A stretch of 64,000 nucleotides of DNA from Candidatus Woesearchaeota archaeon (GCA_964603525.1 CAZRVI010000001.1:749-64748); one strand, 5' to 3'. Positions 8,673-20,334 are shown, numbered from the stretch's first letter. Program-made: numbers and translations. Notes: a model not told the origin generated them from the letters alone.

Positions 8673-11150
8673 TTGAATAAAAAGGTTAATATGTCAAAGA
8701 AAATTCAATTTTATCCAATTGAGATTGATAGTGTGATTATTAATAATAGAGATTATATCAGAATATTTGGAAAAACTACTGATAATAAGAAAATTTGTGT
8801 TTTTGATCAATTTGAAAATTATTTTTGGGTTATTCCTTCTAAAGAAAATATAGAGTGGGTTAGAAAACAGATAGAAAATATCAAAGTTAAGGACAATAAT
8901 GGAAAAATAAGGTATGTAAAGAGGGCTGAGTCACACATTAAGAATTTCTTAGGAAGGAATAGAAAAGCAATAAAAGTTATTTTAAATAACTCTGGAGATT
9001 TGAGATATATTTCTGAAGAGATTAAAAAGATACCTGGTTATGGGTCTAGAAAAGAAATAGATATTCCTTTATATAAGAAATATTTAATAGATAAGAAAAT
9101 AACACCCCTAACATTATGCGAAGGTTTTGGTAATAAGTTAGATAGCAATTTAGAAGTAGATATTAAATTATGTGGGAAAGTTATGCAAATAAGTTCTGAT
9201 CTAATTAAAAATCCAAAAATTTTAAGTTTTGATATTGAGACTAGTAATCCTTTGCAATCAGTACATGAATTTAAATTTCCAATTATCATGCTTTCTTTTG
9301 CTGGTAGTGATGGTTTTAGAAAATGTATTACATGGAAAAGTTTTGAGAATCATAAAAAAGAAATAGAATTTGTTAAAAATGAAGAAGAATTGTTAATAAG
9401 ATTTAAAGAGATAATTAAATGGTATAAACCTGATTATATTGTTGGTTATTATTCAGATGGTTTTGATTGGCCTTATATTAAAGCAAGAGCAGATTTGCAT
9501 GGGATTAGTTTAAATTTAGGTTTAGATAATGCAAAAATTAAATTTAGTAACAAAGGATTTTCTAGTTCTACTAAGATTTTGGGCATACCCAATATTGATA
9601 TTTGTAAATTTATAAAAAATTTGATGATTGGAGATGTTGCCTCTGGTTCATTAAAAACACAATCAGCAAGCCTGGATAGCGTAGCTAAAGAAATTTTAAA
9701 TGAAAGAAAATATCCTATTGATATTAGTAAATTACGTGAAGTTTGGAAAAAAGGTGGTCAAGAATTGGAGAGTTATTGTTTGTATAATTTAAAGGATGCT
9801 GAATTATGTTTAAGAATATTTGAAAAAATATTGCCTAATATTAATGAATTAGTTAAATTAGTTGGTCAGAAAATTTATGATGTTTCTAGAATGACTTTTG
9901 GTCAATTGATAGAAAACTACTTAATAAAAAAAACAAGAGATTTTAATGAGATAATCCCTAGAAGACCAACATATAATGAACGTGAAGATAGAACTTATAA
10001 AACATATACAGGTGGCTTTGTTTATGAACCCAAACCAGGCCTCTATGAAAACATAGCTGTTTTTGATTTTAGAAGTTTACATCCTTCTATAATAAGTGCA
10101 CATAATGTTTGTTTGTCTACTTTATCTAATAATAAAGAAGATAGTAATGAAACTCCTGAAATTGAAGGAAGAAAGTATTATTTTAATTACAAAAAGGAAG
10201 GTTTTATTCCACAAATAATAAGAGAGCTTATTCAAAGGAGGATGAGAATAAAACAAATTATAAAAGAAAATAAGAAAGATCCTGTATTAAATGCGAGAAA
10301 TTATGCTTTAAAGATTATTGCTGCTGGATTTCATGGATATCTTGGTTATTCTGGAGCAAGATGGTATAGTTTAGAATGTGCTGAAGGAATTCTAGCCTAT
10401 GCAAGAGACTATATTAAGAAATTGATTGCTAAATGTCTTGAAGCGGGTTTTAATATTATTTATGGCGATACTGATAGTGTATTCATTGGATTAAAAAATA
10501 AAAATAAAAATTATGTTGAAAAATTTTTGAATGATTTTAATAGAGATCTTCCAAGTTTAATGGAATTAGAATTAGAAAATTTTTATAAAAGATGTATTTT
10601 TGTAATGAAGAAAGGCGAAGAAAAAGGCGCAAAGAAGAAATATGCTTTAATTGATTATGAGAATGAGATAAAAGTTAGGGGTTTTGAAACTGTAAGAAGA
10701 GATTGGAGTGAAATTGCAAGAGAAACTCAAAATAGGATTTTAGAGATAATTTTAAAAGAAGGTGATATAAAAAAAGCTCTTATGTATGTAAGAGACGTTA
10801 TTAATCGGTTAAAGGAAAAAAAGGTTTCTTTGGATGAATTAAGGTTACAAACACAACTTAAAAGAAACATAGATTCATACGAGAGTATTAGTCCTCATGT
10901 AGCTGTTGCTAAAGCTATGAGAAGCAAAGGAATTTATGTTGGCGCTGGAACAATTGTTAATTATATAATTTCTGATGGTTCTGGGATGATTAAGGACAAA
11001 GCTATTATGTTTGAAGATGCAACTAATTATGATTCTGATTATTATATTAATCATCAAGTAATTCCTGCTGTTGAAAAAATATTTGAAGTTTTAGGTTATA
11101 GAAAAGAAGATTTGATTAGTGGAGAACAAACAAAATTGGATGAATTCTAA
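8673..11150 (+). CDS. polB: Family B DNA polymerase (PolB), intein-free
   Basis: Has the exonuclease motifs FDIETS and YYSDGFDWPY. The polymerase motifs are motif A DFRSLHPSII, the KxY motif and motif C YGDTDS. Confidence 0.9.
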   Translation: MNKKVNMSKKIQFYPIEIDSVIINNRDYIRIFGKTTDNKKICVFDQFENYFWVIPSKENIEWVRKQIENIKVKDNNGKIRYVKRAESHIKNFLGRNRKAIKVILNNSGDLRYISEEIKKIPGYGSRKEIDIPLYKKYLIDKKITPLTLCEGFGNKLDSNLEVDIKLCGKVMQISSDLIKNPKILSFDIETSNPLQSVHEFKFPIIMLSFAGSDGFRKCITWKSFENHKKEIEFVKNEEELLIRFKEIIKWYKPDYIVGYYSDGFDWPYIKARADLHGISLNLGLDNAKIKFSNKGFSSSTKILGIPNIDICKFIKNLMIGDVASGSLKTQSASLDSVAKEILNERKYPIDISKLREVWKKGGQELESYCLYNLKDAELCLRIFEKILPNINELVKLVGQKIYDVSRMTFGQLIENYLIKKTRDFNEIIPRRPTYNEREDRTYKTYTGGFVYEPKPGLYENIAVFDFRSLHPSIISAHNVCLSTLSNNKEDSNETPEIEGRKYYFNYKKEGFIPQIIRELIQRRMRIKQIIKENKKDPVLNARNYALKIIAAGFHGYLGYSGARWYSLECAEGILAYARDYIKKLIAKCLEAGFNIIYGDTDSVFIGLKNKNKNYVEKFLNDFNRDLPSLMELELENFYKRCIFVMKKGEEKGAKKKYALIDYENEIKVRGFETVRRDWSEIARETQNRILEIILKEGDIKKALMYVRDVINRLKEKKVSLDELRLQTQLKRNIDSYESISPHVAVAKAMRSKGIYVGAGTIVNYIISDGSGMIKDKAIMFEDATNYDSDYYINHQVIPAVEKIFEVLGYRKEDLISGEQTKLDEF

Positions 11151-11210
11151 AAACAAATTTTTGTGTTAAAATAAAAGGATTTATAAAATATCTTTAAATA
11201 GAAAAATAGT

Positions 11211-12083
11211 ATGATAGATGAAGATTATATCAGATCAGGAGAAATTGCTAGAAAAGCAAGGGAGTATGGAAAAACTCTTGTTAAAGAAGGTGTAAAATAT
11301 ATTGATATTGCTGAAAAAATTGAAAATAAGATTATTGAGTTAGGAGGAAAACCTGCTTTTCCTGTTGATGTTTCTGTAAACCATATTGCAGCTCATGATT
11401 CTCCCTTATACAATGATAAAAGAATAATTAAGAAAGGTGATTTGGTTAAATTAGATCTTGGTGTTCATATTAATGGCAAGGTAACTGATACCGCTTGCAC
11501 CGTTGAAGTTGAAACAAACAAATATAAAAGACTGATAGAAAGTGCTGAGGAAGCTTTAAAAAAGGCTATTGAAATTTGTGAGCATGGGGTTAAATTAAGA
11601 GAAATTGGGGGTGTTATTCAAAAGGTAATTAATGAATATGGTTTTTCTCCCATTAAGAATTTAAGTGGACATGGTGTTGATGAATATGAAGTACATTGTG
11701 CACCAACAATACCAAATTATGATAATGGTAATGAAAATATTTTGGAAAGAGGCATGATAGTTGCTATTGAACCTTTTTCAACCAATGGTGAAGGTAGAAT
11801 TAAAGATGGTAAATTTTGTGAAGTATATCAACTAATAAATTTGAAAAATGTTAGGGATAATTTTTCTAGAGTTATTTTGAAATTCATAAATGAAGAATAT
11901 AAAACATTGCCTTTTTGTGCGAGATGGTTAATTAAAAAATTTGGTTTAAGAGTTAAATTAACATTAAAACAAATGGAATTGCAAGGGATTATAAAACAAT
12001 ATCATATTCTTCCGGAAGTGAGCAATGGAATAGTAGCTCAGGCTGAACATACATTGATTGTAGGTGGAGGGGTTTTAACATAA
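11211..12083 (+). CDS. map: Methionine aminopeptidase, type 2 (archaeal)
   Basis: Pita-bread fold with metal ligands in GHGV, IEPF and LDLGVHING. Confidence 0.85.
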   Translation: MIDEDYIRSGEIARKAREYGKTLVKEGVKYIDIAEKIENKIIELGGKPAFPVDVSVNHIAAHDSPLYNDKRIIKKGDLVKLDLGVHINGKVTDTACTVEVETNKYKRLIESAEEALKKAIEICEHGVKLREIGGVIQKVINEYGFSPIKNLSGHGVDEYEVHCAPTIPNYDNGNENILERGMIVAIEPFSTNGEGRIKDGKFCEVYQLINLKNVRDNFSRVILKFINEEYKTLPFCARWLIKKFGLRVKLTLKQMELQGIIKQYHILPEVSNGIVAQAEHTLIVGGGVLT

Positions 12084-12112
12084 TTTCTTTGTTAAAATTG
12101 TTAAAAGCAATT

Positions 12113-14383
12113 CTATCCCATATAATTTGGTTTTTTCAGAGCAACCCCTCTACCAATTTTTAAGTATTGCTCTTCTATATCTTTATATCTTTTAAGTGCT
12201 GCATCAGTTATAGATGGCTTTATTTTTTCTAAAGCTGTTTCAAAATGCTTCATTTTAATTTCTTTAGATTTGATATTTTCTCTTAATGCCAATAACCCTG
12301 CTTCTCTGCATACACCAGCAATATCTGCACCAGAATAATTTTTAGTTTTTTCAACTATTTTTTTTAAATCTACATCTTTAGCTAAAGCCATATTTTTTGT
12401 GTGTATTTCAAATATTTTTGATCTTGATTCTTTATCTGGCACAGTAGTAGCGATAATTCTATCAAATCTTCCTGGTCTTAATAATGCAGAATCAATTAGA
12501 TCTGGTCGATTAGTTGTTGCTATCACAATAATATCTCCTAGGTCTTCTAACCCATCCATTTCAGCTAGCAAGGTATTAACAACCCTCTCAGTTACACCAG
12601 AATCAAATCCACGGCCTCTCGCTGAGGCTAATGCGTCTATTTCATCAAAACAAATTATTGTTGGTGCTGCTTGTCTTGCTTTTTCAAAAATTTTACGGAC
12701 CCCTTTTTCTGTTTCTCCTACGAATTTATTTAATAACTCTGGTCCTTTAACCAAAATGAAATTGGCTTCTGATTCTGATGCTACTGCCTTTGCTAGTAAA
12801 GTTTTACCTGTTCCAGGAGGACCATACATGAGAATTCCTTTTGGTGGTTTTATACCCATTCTTTTGAATGAATCCGGATATTTGATAGGCCATTCTACTG
12901 CTTCAATTAATTCTTGTTTTAGATCTTCTAGACCACCAATATCAGACCATTTTATATTGGGTGTTTCTACTAAGACTTCACGCATTGCTGATGGTCTTAC
13001 TAATCTTAGTGCATGCATAAAATCTTTCATATTAACTTTTAATTTTTCTAAAATGCCTTTAGGGATTTCTGTATTTTCCTTAAGTTTTAATTCTGGTAAT
13101 ATTTTTCTTAGTACATACATTGCTGCTTCTTTACATAAAGATTCAAGATCTGCACCTACAAAACCATGCGTTATTGAAGCAATTTTATCTAAATCAACAT
13201 CTTTTGTTAAAGGCATGTTTCTAGTATGAACCTTTAGAATTTGTAGTCTTCCTTTTTTGTTGGGGACCCCAATTTGGACCTCTCTATCAAATCTTCCAGG
13301 TCTTCTTAATGCAGGATCCAAAGCATTAGCTCTGTTAGTTGCTCCAATTACAACTACTTTCCCTCTTGATTTTAGCCCATCCATACATGTCAAGAGTTGA
13401 GACACCATTCTTCTTTCAACTTCACCATAAGCTTCTTCTCTTTTTGGAGCCATTGCATCTATCTCATCTATAAAAATAATAGATGGTGCATTTTTCTCAG
13501 CATCTTCAAAAACTTTCCTTATTCTTTTCTCTGTTTCCCCATAGAACTTAGAAGTAACTTCGGGAGCATTTACTAAAATAAAGTTAGCTTCTGATTCTGA
13601 TGCTACTGCCTTTGCTAGTAAAGTTTTACCTGTTCCAGGAGGACCATACATGAGAATTCCTTTTGGGGGCTGTATCCCCAATCTTTCAAATATCTCTGGA
13701 TGTTTTAAAGGGAGTTCCACCATCTCTCTTACTTTTTTTATTTCTTCATCTAAACCACCAATATCTTCATAAGAAACTTCTGGAATATGTTCATCCTTAA
13801 CTTCAACAGCATGGGATTTGACTTCAATTCTTGTATTTTCTGTTATAATAACTGGTGTCTTTGGTGAAGTTTCTACAACAATAAATCTTAAATCTGAAAA
13901 TCCAAAGGTTCCTGAGAAACTTTGTTCAAATATATCAAATATGTCTTGGAATGGTGAATCACTCATAATCCTTCTTCTAGATCTTGTTCCACCCAAAGCA
14001 AGAATATCTCCTTTTATAACTGCTCTCCCCAATAAACCTCTTCTAAAAACATGGGGTGCTGCATGAATCATCATCCCTCTTTGTGCTGGTGCAATTGTAA
14101 TCGATTTTGCTTCTTTTACATCAGCTTTTCTAACTTTAACTGTTTCCCCTATACCTGTTCTTGCATTTCTTCTTATAATCCCATCCATCCTTATTAGAGA
14201 TTGACCTATATCTGTAGGATATGCTCTTTCTACAATACCAACTGTTTTTCTTTCACCTTCTATTTCTATAATTTCGCCTGGTCTTATCCCCAATCTCCTC
14301 ATTGTTTGAGAGTCTATTCTAACTATGCCTTTATAGGCTTCTTCTTGCAAAGCTTCCATAACCTTTAATTTTAATTCTGCCAT
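12113..14383 (-). CDS. cdc48: Cdc48/VCP-like AAA+ ATPase with a double-psi barrel N domain and D1 and D2 AAA domains
   Basis: Has two GPPGTGKT Walker A motifs, two DEID Walker B motifs and SRH regions. Confidence 0.9.
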   Translation of the reverse strand: MAELKLKVMEALQEEAYKGIVRIDSQTMRRLGIRPGEIIEIEGERKTVGIVERAYPTDIGQSLIRMDGIIRRNARTGIGETVKVRKADVKEAKSITIAPAQRGMMIHAAPHVFRRGLLGRAVIKGDILALGGTRSRRRIMSDSPFQDIFDIFEQSFSGTFGFSDLRFIVVETSPKTPVIITENTRIEVKSHAVEVKDEHIPEVSYEDIGGLDEEIKKVREMVELPLKHPEIFERLGIQPPKGILMYGPPGTGKTLLAKAVASESEANFILVNAPEVTSKFYGETEKRIRKVFEDAEKNAPSIIFIDEIDAMAPKREEAYGEVERRMVSQLLTCMDGLKSRGKVVVIGATNRANALDPALRRPGRFDREVQIGVPNKKGRLQILKVHTRNMPLTKDVDLDKIASITHGFVGADLESLCKEAAMYVLRKILPELKLKENTEIPKGILEKLKVNMKDFMHALRLVRPSAMREVLVETPNIKWSDIGGLEDLKQELIEAVEWPIKYPDSFKRMGIKPPKGILMYGPPGTGKTLLAKAVASESEANFILVKGPELLNKFVGETEKGVRKIFEKARQAAPTIICFDEIDALASARGRGFDSGVTERVVNTLLAEMDGLEDLGDIIVIATTNRPDLIDSALLRPGRFDRIIATTVPDKESRSKIFEIHTKNMALAKDVDLKKIVEKTKNYSGADIAGVCREAGLLALRENIKSKEIKMKHFETALEKIKPSITDAALKRYKDIEEQYLKIGRGVALKKPNYMG

Positions 14384-14414
14384 TTTATTAAAATAATATT
14401 CTTATTTTGGTGTT

Positions 14415-14786
14415 TTAATCTTCATCAAGGATTTTTTTAATCTTTTTAATTTTATCGGTGAAATATAAACTAAGTTTTTCTGGCCCTTCTAAGCTCATAC
14501 TGATCATATTATTCATTGTTTTTCGCATCTCTTTTTGGAATTCTATAATTTCTTTAGGAATAGAAACGCAAAAAGAATTTCCTATTAATCTTAATTTGAC
14601 TTCAAAGTCTTTAGATTGGAGTTTTTTAAAGTTATTAAATTTTGCTTCATCCAAAGGATGTAATTGTATAACTTTGCATTTTTTACATTTCCATGCCCTT
14701 AGATTATAACCCTCTCTACTAATAATAATCTTTTCCATTTTTTTATTACATTTATTACATAATAATTGATTGTTGTATATATCCAT
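14415..14786 (-). CDS. Zinc-ribbon plus SpoVT/AbrB-like swapped-hairpin domain protein (putative regulator)
   Basis: CNKCNKK...CKKCK, then VKLRLIGNSFCVSIPKEI. Confidence 0.3.
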   Translation of the reverse strand: MDIYNNQLLCNKCNKKMEKIIISREGYNLRAWKCKKCKVIQLHPLDEAKFNNFKKLQSKDFEVKLRLIGNSFCVSIPKEIIEFQKEMRKTMNNMISMSLEGPEKLSLYFTDKIKKIKKILDED

Positions 14787-14872
14787 TTTGTATATACAAG
14801 CAATATATACATCTTATATATAAATATTTTGGTTTAGAAATAAATTTATAGTTTCTTTATTATAAAGCCAAT

Positions 14873-15490
14873 ATGATTAAAACAGGATGTGAAGATTTAG
14901 ATAGATTAATAGGAGGATACAAAAAGGAAATTACTCTTATATATGGTCCTGCAGGAACGGGTAAAACAACCTTGGCTAAGCTGGCAACTTTAAAACAAAC
15001 TTTATCTGGAAAAAAGGTTGTTTATATAGATACCGAAAATGGTTTTTCTGTTGAAAGATTTATGCAATTAGCTGAGTATAGTTGTATAGATTTATTTGAT
15101 AAGATTTTATTATTGAAGGTAAAAGATTTTGAAGATCAATGCAAAAAATTTGAAATGGTTGAAAAACTAGAAAAAGTTGATTTGATTATTGTTGATACAT
15201 TAGGTAGATACTATAGAAAAGCTGAAAAAAGTAATGAAAATACAAAAAGGCTTTTAAGACAATTAAGGATTTTAGTGCATAAAACGAAAGAAGGGATTCC
15301 CATCATAATAACAAACCAGGTTTATAGTAACATGGATAACGAAATTATGCCTGTTGGAGGAGATATGTTTAAAAAATTTGGAAGATGTATAATCGAATTA
15401 CAACAAAAACCAAGAAAGTTGATTGTTAAAAAACCAGAATACAAAGAAATGCTTTTTGAAATTAGGAATAGAGGAATTTTTAGGATTTAG
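14873..15490 (+). CDS. radB: RadB (short RecA/RadA paralog)
   Basis: 205 aa with GCEDLDRLIGGY...GPAGTGKTT Walker A and IIVD Walker B. Confidence 0.75.
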   Translation: MIKTGCEDLDRLIGGYKKEITLIYGPAGTGKTTLAKLATLKQTLSGKKVVYIDTENGFSVERFMQLAEYSCIDLFDKILLLKVKDFEDQCKKFEMVEKLEKVDLIIVDTLGRYYRKAEKSNENTKRLLRQLRILVHKTKEGIPIIITNQVYSNMDNEIMPVGGDMFKKFGRCIIELQQKPRKLIVKKPEYKEMLFEIRNRGIFRI

Positions 15491-17558
15491 TTTTGTTAAT
15501 TTTTTTCTTAAAGTTTTCTATTTTATCTTTATTATTTTTTATCCATTCTAATTTTTTAGGACATTTTTTATTTATACAATAATTAAATGGTCTTTTTCCT
15601 TTTCTTATTACTTGAACTTGGGGAAAACCACAGGATTCGCATTTTTTATCTATTGGCTTTATTAGTCCTTGGGGCAAAGATTTAGTAAAACTGCATTTTG
15701 GGTATTTATCACAAGCTAAAAACTGTCCATATTTACTTCTCCTTATTACTAAATTTCCTTTTTTGCACATCAAACATTTTCCAACGACAGACAATTCCTT
15801 TTTTGTTTGTTTTGTTGCTTTTAAGAGATCTAAACCAATTTGTTTTTCTTTTTTCTTAAATTTGTTAAAAATTTTTTTTAATAACTTTTGTGCTTCATTT
15901 AATATCGTAGCAGGTTTTTTCTTCTTCTTTAAAATTTTTTCCAGTTCTTGTTCAAAATGTTTTGTTAGTTTTTCTGATGTCAATTCTGGAACATATTTTT
16001 TTAAGGTTTCTGCGACGGCAAGCCCTAATTTTGTAACTTTTATAGACCTGCCTTCAATATAATGTCTGTCATATAATATTTGAAGAATCGCGTGTCTTGT
16101 TGCTTTTGTTCCTAAATTTCTTTTTTCCATTTCTGCTATAATAGAGCCCTGAGAATATCTATTTGGTGGTTTTGTTTTATCTTGTTTTAATATTAATTTT
16201 TTAACATTGTATATTTTATTTTGTTTTAATTCAGGAAGAATATTTTCTTTAAAGGTTGCAGGATAAATTTCTGTCCACCCTTGCTTTAATGTTCTCAAAC
16301 CTTTGGCAATAAAGATCTCTTTATTTATATCAAATTCCAAATTTGCTGTTTCCCTTACAGCATCTGGATAAAATGCTGCAATAAATCTTCTTACAATTAA
16401 TTTATATATTTTTTTTTCTTGTTCTGTTAGCTCTGATAACTTAGGAGGGCTATGTGTTGGATAAATAGCTATATGTGCTGGATCTTTTTTCTTTCCTTGA
16501 ACAGGCTTCAATGATTTGATACCTTTAATTAAATTTTTAAATTCAGATAGAGCTTTTAAAATTTTTTTATAATTTATCTTTGGGTCTAATTTTTCTGAGG
16601 AGGTTCTTGGATAAGAAATATAGGCATTTAAGTAAAGTTGTTGTGCTATTTGAAGCGTCTGTTTTGGTGAATACCCAAATAACCTATAAGCTTCTGTTTG
16701 TAGAGAGGTTATATTAAACGCTGGTGGGGGAGGTAATTTGTACTGTCTTGTTATTTGTTTTTTGAGTATTGCGGGGTGATTTTTACATTTTTTAATTATT
16801 TTTTCTACATTTTGTTTTTTTGTGAACTTCCCTTTTGAATGTATAGCTAAAATATCGGCTTTTGCTTTTATTTGGGCGAATAATTGCCAGAATAATTCTG
16901 GTTTAAATTTTTTAATTTCTTCTTCTCTTTTTGCTAATAAATAAAGGGTTGGAGATTGGACCCTCCCTGACGATAAAATTTTGAAAAACCCTGCTAATTT
17001 TACTGCTAAAGTTAATGCCCTGGTACTACTTAAACCCCATTCCCAATCTAAAATGTGTCTTGTTTCTCCTGCAATTGCCTGCTCGATGTCTAAATGTTTT
17101 GATTTATTACAATAAGAATTCAATAAATCTTCATCTGTTAATGTTGAAAACTTCATCCTGTTAGCATTTTTTTTATTGGCAACAAATCTCAAAATATTAT
17201 ACCCAATTAGACTACCTTCGATATCAAAATCAGTACATATTGTGTATTCCTTGGCCTCTTTTACTAATTTTTTGAATAGGTCTAAATAATTTTTTGTAAA
17301 TGAAGATTTCTTAGAAATTTCATATATTGGCCTCCATTCATAAGAAAAAAGAGGATATTTCCAACCCTTTCCATTTTTTTCCTTTAATCCAAAGAGATGG
17401 CCTACTGCACACCCTACTAGAATTTTTTTCTTTTTATGAGTTATTTCGTAATAAGGAATTTTTTTGTAAATTTTTTTTATTATTTGATTATCTGATAAAG
17501 CTTCAGCAATCCTTCTTGCTGCTACAGGTTTTTCTGCTATTAAGAGTTCATAACTCAT
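15480..17558 (-). CDS. topA: Type IA DNA topoisomerase (TopA/Topo III-like) with C-terminal zinc ribbons
   Basis: Has a Toprim domain (EKP...DxD), the active-site region around GYISYPRT, and C-terminal CxxC ribbons. Confidence 0.85.
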   Translation of the reverse strand: MSYELLIAEKPVAARRIAEALSDNQIIKKIYKKIPYYEITHKKKKILVGCAVGHLFGLKEKNGKGWKYPLFSYEWRPIYEISKKSSFTKNYLDLFKKLVKEAKEYTICTDFDIEGSLIGYNILRFVANKKNANRMKFSTLTDEDLLNSYCNKSKHLDIEQAIAGETRHILDWEWGLSSTRALTLAVKLAGFFKILSSGRVQSPTLYLLAKREEEIKKFKPELFWQLFAQIKAKADILAIHSKGKFTKKQNVEKIIKKCKNHPAILKKQITRQYKLPPPPAFNITSLQTEAYRLFGYSPKQTLQIAQQLYLNAYISYPRTSSEKLDPKINYKKILKALSEFKNLIKGIKSLKPVQGKKKDPAHIAIYPTHSPPKLSELTEQEKKIYKLIVRRFIAAFYPDAVRETANLEFDINKEIFIAKGLRTLKQGWTEIYPATFKENILPELKQNKIYNVKKLILKQDKTKPPNRYSQGSIIAEMEKRNLGTKATRHAILQILYDRHYIEGRSIKVTKLGLAVAETLKKYVPELTSEKLTKHFEQELEKILKKKKKPATILNEAQKLLKKIFNKFKKKEKQIGLDLLKATKQTKKELSVVGKCLMCKKGNLVIRRSKYGQFLACDKYPKCSFTKSLPQGLIKPIDKKCESCGFPQVQVIRKGKRPFNYCINKKCPKKLEWIKNNKDKIENFKKKINKTKS

Positions 17559-17638
17559 TTTGCACTCTATAATGACCTATATGTTCTAAACAGATATAAT
17601 TTGTTTTATCTTATTTTAATGGATTTACTTAAGGGTTT

Positions 17639-18244
17639 CTAAATCTCAAGAATTTTCCCTTTTCTTCCAACATTAATTATTTTTGTTTTACCAATTTTTT
17701 CTTCAATTCCTTCAGCTTCATGTATATGCCCTGATAAAACCAAATCTGGCTTAAATTTTTCTATTGCTTTCCTTACACTTTTGCTTCCGGAAAATCCAAG
17801 AAATTCTGCTAATGTTCCTTTGGAGTGTATATGTGTTACCATTATTTTTTTCTTTAAATTTTTAATTCCTTTATGTGCCTTTTCTAAAGTTTCTGTTAAT
17901 TGTTTTTCAGTAATTTTATTTAGACCAATATCTCCTCCACCACAGCCAAAAATTCCAACCCCCTTGTATTGAACTGAATAGCCATGGATATTTTTAACTC
18001 CATAAAATTCTGCCAAAAAATCTGCTGTTGCAAAGGAATCATGATTTCCGGGTATTAACAATAACTTTAATTTTTTATCTATGAAAGGTTTTATAATATT
18101 CTTAGATTCCTTATCAAACATTGTTAAATCCCCGCACAATAAGACTAAATCTACTTTTTCTTTTTTTGCTTTGTTAGCAAGTTTTCTTGATATAGAACTA
18201 TCTCCATGAATATCTGCTGCTGCTAATATCTTCAATTTTTTCAT
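17639..18244 (-). CDS. Calcineurin-like metallophosphoesterase (YfcE/MJ0936 family)
   Basis: Has the DIHGD, GDLT, GNHD and GHIH motifs. Confidence 0.75.
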   Translation of the reverse strand: MKKLKILAAADIHGDSSISRKLANKAKKEKVDLVLLCGDLTMFDKESKNIIKPFIDKKLKLLLIPGNHDSFATADFLAEFYGVKNIHGYSVQYKGVGIFGCGGGDIGLNKITEKQLTETLEKAHKGIKNLKKKIMVTHIHSKGTLAEFLGFSGSKSVRKAIEKFKPDLVLSGHIHEAEGIEEKIGKTKIINVGRKGKILEI

Positions 18245-19575
18245 TTTATTAGTTTAAGATCATTCATATACTTTTGCAATACATTTGGAATTTTAATTGA
18301 CCCATCCTTTTTTTGATAATTTTCAATTATTGCTCTCATTATCCTTGAAGTTGCTAGTGCTGTATTATTTAATATATGAACATATTCTCTTTTTCCCTTA
18401 TTATTAATATATCTTATATTTAAGTTTGCTGCTTGGTAAAGGGTGCAATTTGAACATGAGGTTACCTCCTTATATTTTTTTTCTCTAGGAAAATAGGCTT
18501 CTATATCTAGCTGTTTAGATTGTTTTAATCCCAATTCCCCAGAACAGATGCTAACAACCCTGTAAGGCAATCTTAATTTTTGCATTAACTCTTCCGAATA
18601 TTTCTGCATTTCTTCAAAAAGTTTCCAAGAATCTTTTGGTTTACATATAACAACCTGTTCTACTTTATTAAATTGGTGCATTCTAAATAATCCTTTTGTA
18701 TCTATACCATGAGAACCAAGCTCTTTTCTAAAATTAGGGGAATACCCAACAATTTTTATTGGCAATTCTTTTTCTTTTAAAATTTCATTAGAGAACATAC
18801 CTATCAAGGGAAACTCTGAGGTTGGAATTAAATATAAATCTTCATTTTCTATTTTATAAATCGTATCTTTAAATGCCTCTAAATCTGTTACTCCAGCTGT
18901 TATTTTTTTTCTTAAAGTTAATGGTGGGTAAACAAGCAAAAATCCTTTCTTTAATAAATAATCAATTGCGAATCTTTGTAATGCTAAATCCAATAAAGCT
19001 ATTTTGTCTTTTAGAAAAACAAATCCTGTTCCGGAAACATCTGCAGCTTTCTTAAAATCCGCTTGCTTTAATTCTTCAAGTAATTCTCCATGTGATTTTA
19101 ATTTAAAACCAAATTTTCTAATTACTCCCCACTTCTTTATAATTTTATTTTGTGTTTCATTTTTTCCTATAGGAACAGATTTATGCAAGATGTTTGGAAT
19201 TTTCATTAAATTTTTTTTTAATTGTTCTTGAATTGATTTTACTTTTTGTTCAAGATTCTTAATTTCTTTTGGTAATTTTTTAGCTTCTCTTAATTTTTTC
19301 TTTAGATCTACTTTTCTCTTTTTCAATTGATTTATTTCTTTTGATAACAAATTTCTTTTATGTCTTAAAAAATCTAATTGTTTTTTTAATGTCTTAAAGT
19401 GATCATAGAACTTAAGGATCTCATCAATTAAAAGGATCTTATCTTCTTGAAACCTTTTTTTTAAATTCTCTTTGACTAATTTTGTGTTTTTTTCAATAAA
19501 TTTGATTTCTAACATTCTAAATACAAAAGAAATGGAAAGATATTTAAAGATTATTATTGTAAATAACCATTCCAA
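18241..19575 (-). CDS. serS: Seryl-tRNA synthetase
   Basis: Has an N-terminal coiled-coil arm and the class II motifs RKE...GSHG. Confidence 0.85.
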   Translation of the reverse strand: MEWLFTIIIFKYLSISFVFRMLEIKFIEKNTKLVKENLKKRFQEDKILLIDEILKFYDHFKTLKKQLDFLRHKRNLLSKEINQLKKRKVDLKKKLREAKKLPKEIKNLEQKVKSIQEQLKKNLMKIPNILHKSVPIGKNETQNKIIKKWGVIRKFGFKLKSHGELLEELKQADFKKAADVSGTGFVFLKDKIALLDLALQRFAIDYLLKKGFLLVYPPLTLRKKITAGVTDLEAFKDTIYKIENEDLYLIPTSEFPLIGMFSNEILKEKELPIKIVGYSPNFRKELGSHGIDTKGLFRMHQFNKVEQVVICKPKDSWKLFEEMQKYSEELMQKLRLPYRVVSICSGELGLKQSKQLDIEAYFPREKKYKEVTSCSNCTLYQAANLNIRYINNKGKREYVHILNNTALATSRIMRAIIENYQKKDGSIKIPNVLQKYMNDLKLIK

Positions 19576-19628
19576 AATATATAAAAGAAAACATTTAAAT
19601 ATAAGGTGTAATTATTAAGGTAAGAGAG

Positions 19629-19922
19629 GTGAAGGGGGGATTAGTAATGGTAAAAATACCAAAGAATATATTTGAGGTGTTTTTCAGAAGAAAACCTGCA
19701 ATGATCTTAGTTGCGCTTAGAAAGGCTGGAAGAAACAGATACGGAAGTGTGCTTGCAAAAGAGGTAGATTGTACTTATTCTCATGCTGTTAAGATATTAC
19801 AAGAGATGGAGAAAGCAAGACTTGTAGAATTTGAAAAACAAGGCAGGATTAAAACAATTAAATTAACAAACAATGGTGAAAAAGTAGCTGAACATATTGA
19901 AAAAATTAAGAATTTACTATAA
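19629..19922 (+). CDS. Small winged-helix DNA-binding protein
   Basis: 97 aa with an HTH-like core (YSHAVKILQEMEKARLVEF). Confidence 0.4.
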   Translation: MKGGLVMVKIPKNIFEVFFRRKPAMILVALRKAGRNRYGSVLAKEVDCTYSHAVKILQEMEKARLVEFEKQGRIKTIKLTNNGEKVAEHIEKIKNLL

Positions 19923-19962
19923 TTTTTTATTTTAAGTTATTTTAAAAATAGATAGAAATTAA

Positions 19963-20334
19963 TTAATATCTTTTAATATAATTATTGATCCCTTCTATTT
20001 GTGATAATCTTGTTTTAAATAAAAATTTTCTGAATTTATAATTTATTTTTATTCCTCTTTTTTGCAACCCTAATTTTAATTTTGCATATAATTTTTTACC
20101 TTCTTTATCTAAATCCAACAACAAAATAACTTCCTTCTGTCTTATTGATTCAATAAACTTATACAAAGGTCCTTTAACAAACTTTATATTTTTAATATCT
20201 AGTTTTTCTAATGCTTTTTTATCTTTTTTTCCTTCTACAATTATTAGTTTTTTAGAATCTTTTAACTCCTCTATCCATTCAAAGAGATTTTTCATGTGAT
20301 AATAAGGGCCTGACGGGATTTGAACCCGCGACAT
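19963..20334 (-). CDS. Toprim-domain protein
   Basis: IIVEGKKDKKAL...LLLDLDKEG, a Toprim E...DxD signature. Confidence 0.5.
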   Translation of the reverse strand: MSRVQIPSGPYYHMKNLFEWIEELKDSKKLIIVEGKKDKKALEKLDIKNIKFVKGPLYKFIESIRQKEVILLLDLDKEGKKLYAKLKLGLQKRGIKINYKFRKFLFKTRLSQIEGINNYIKRY

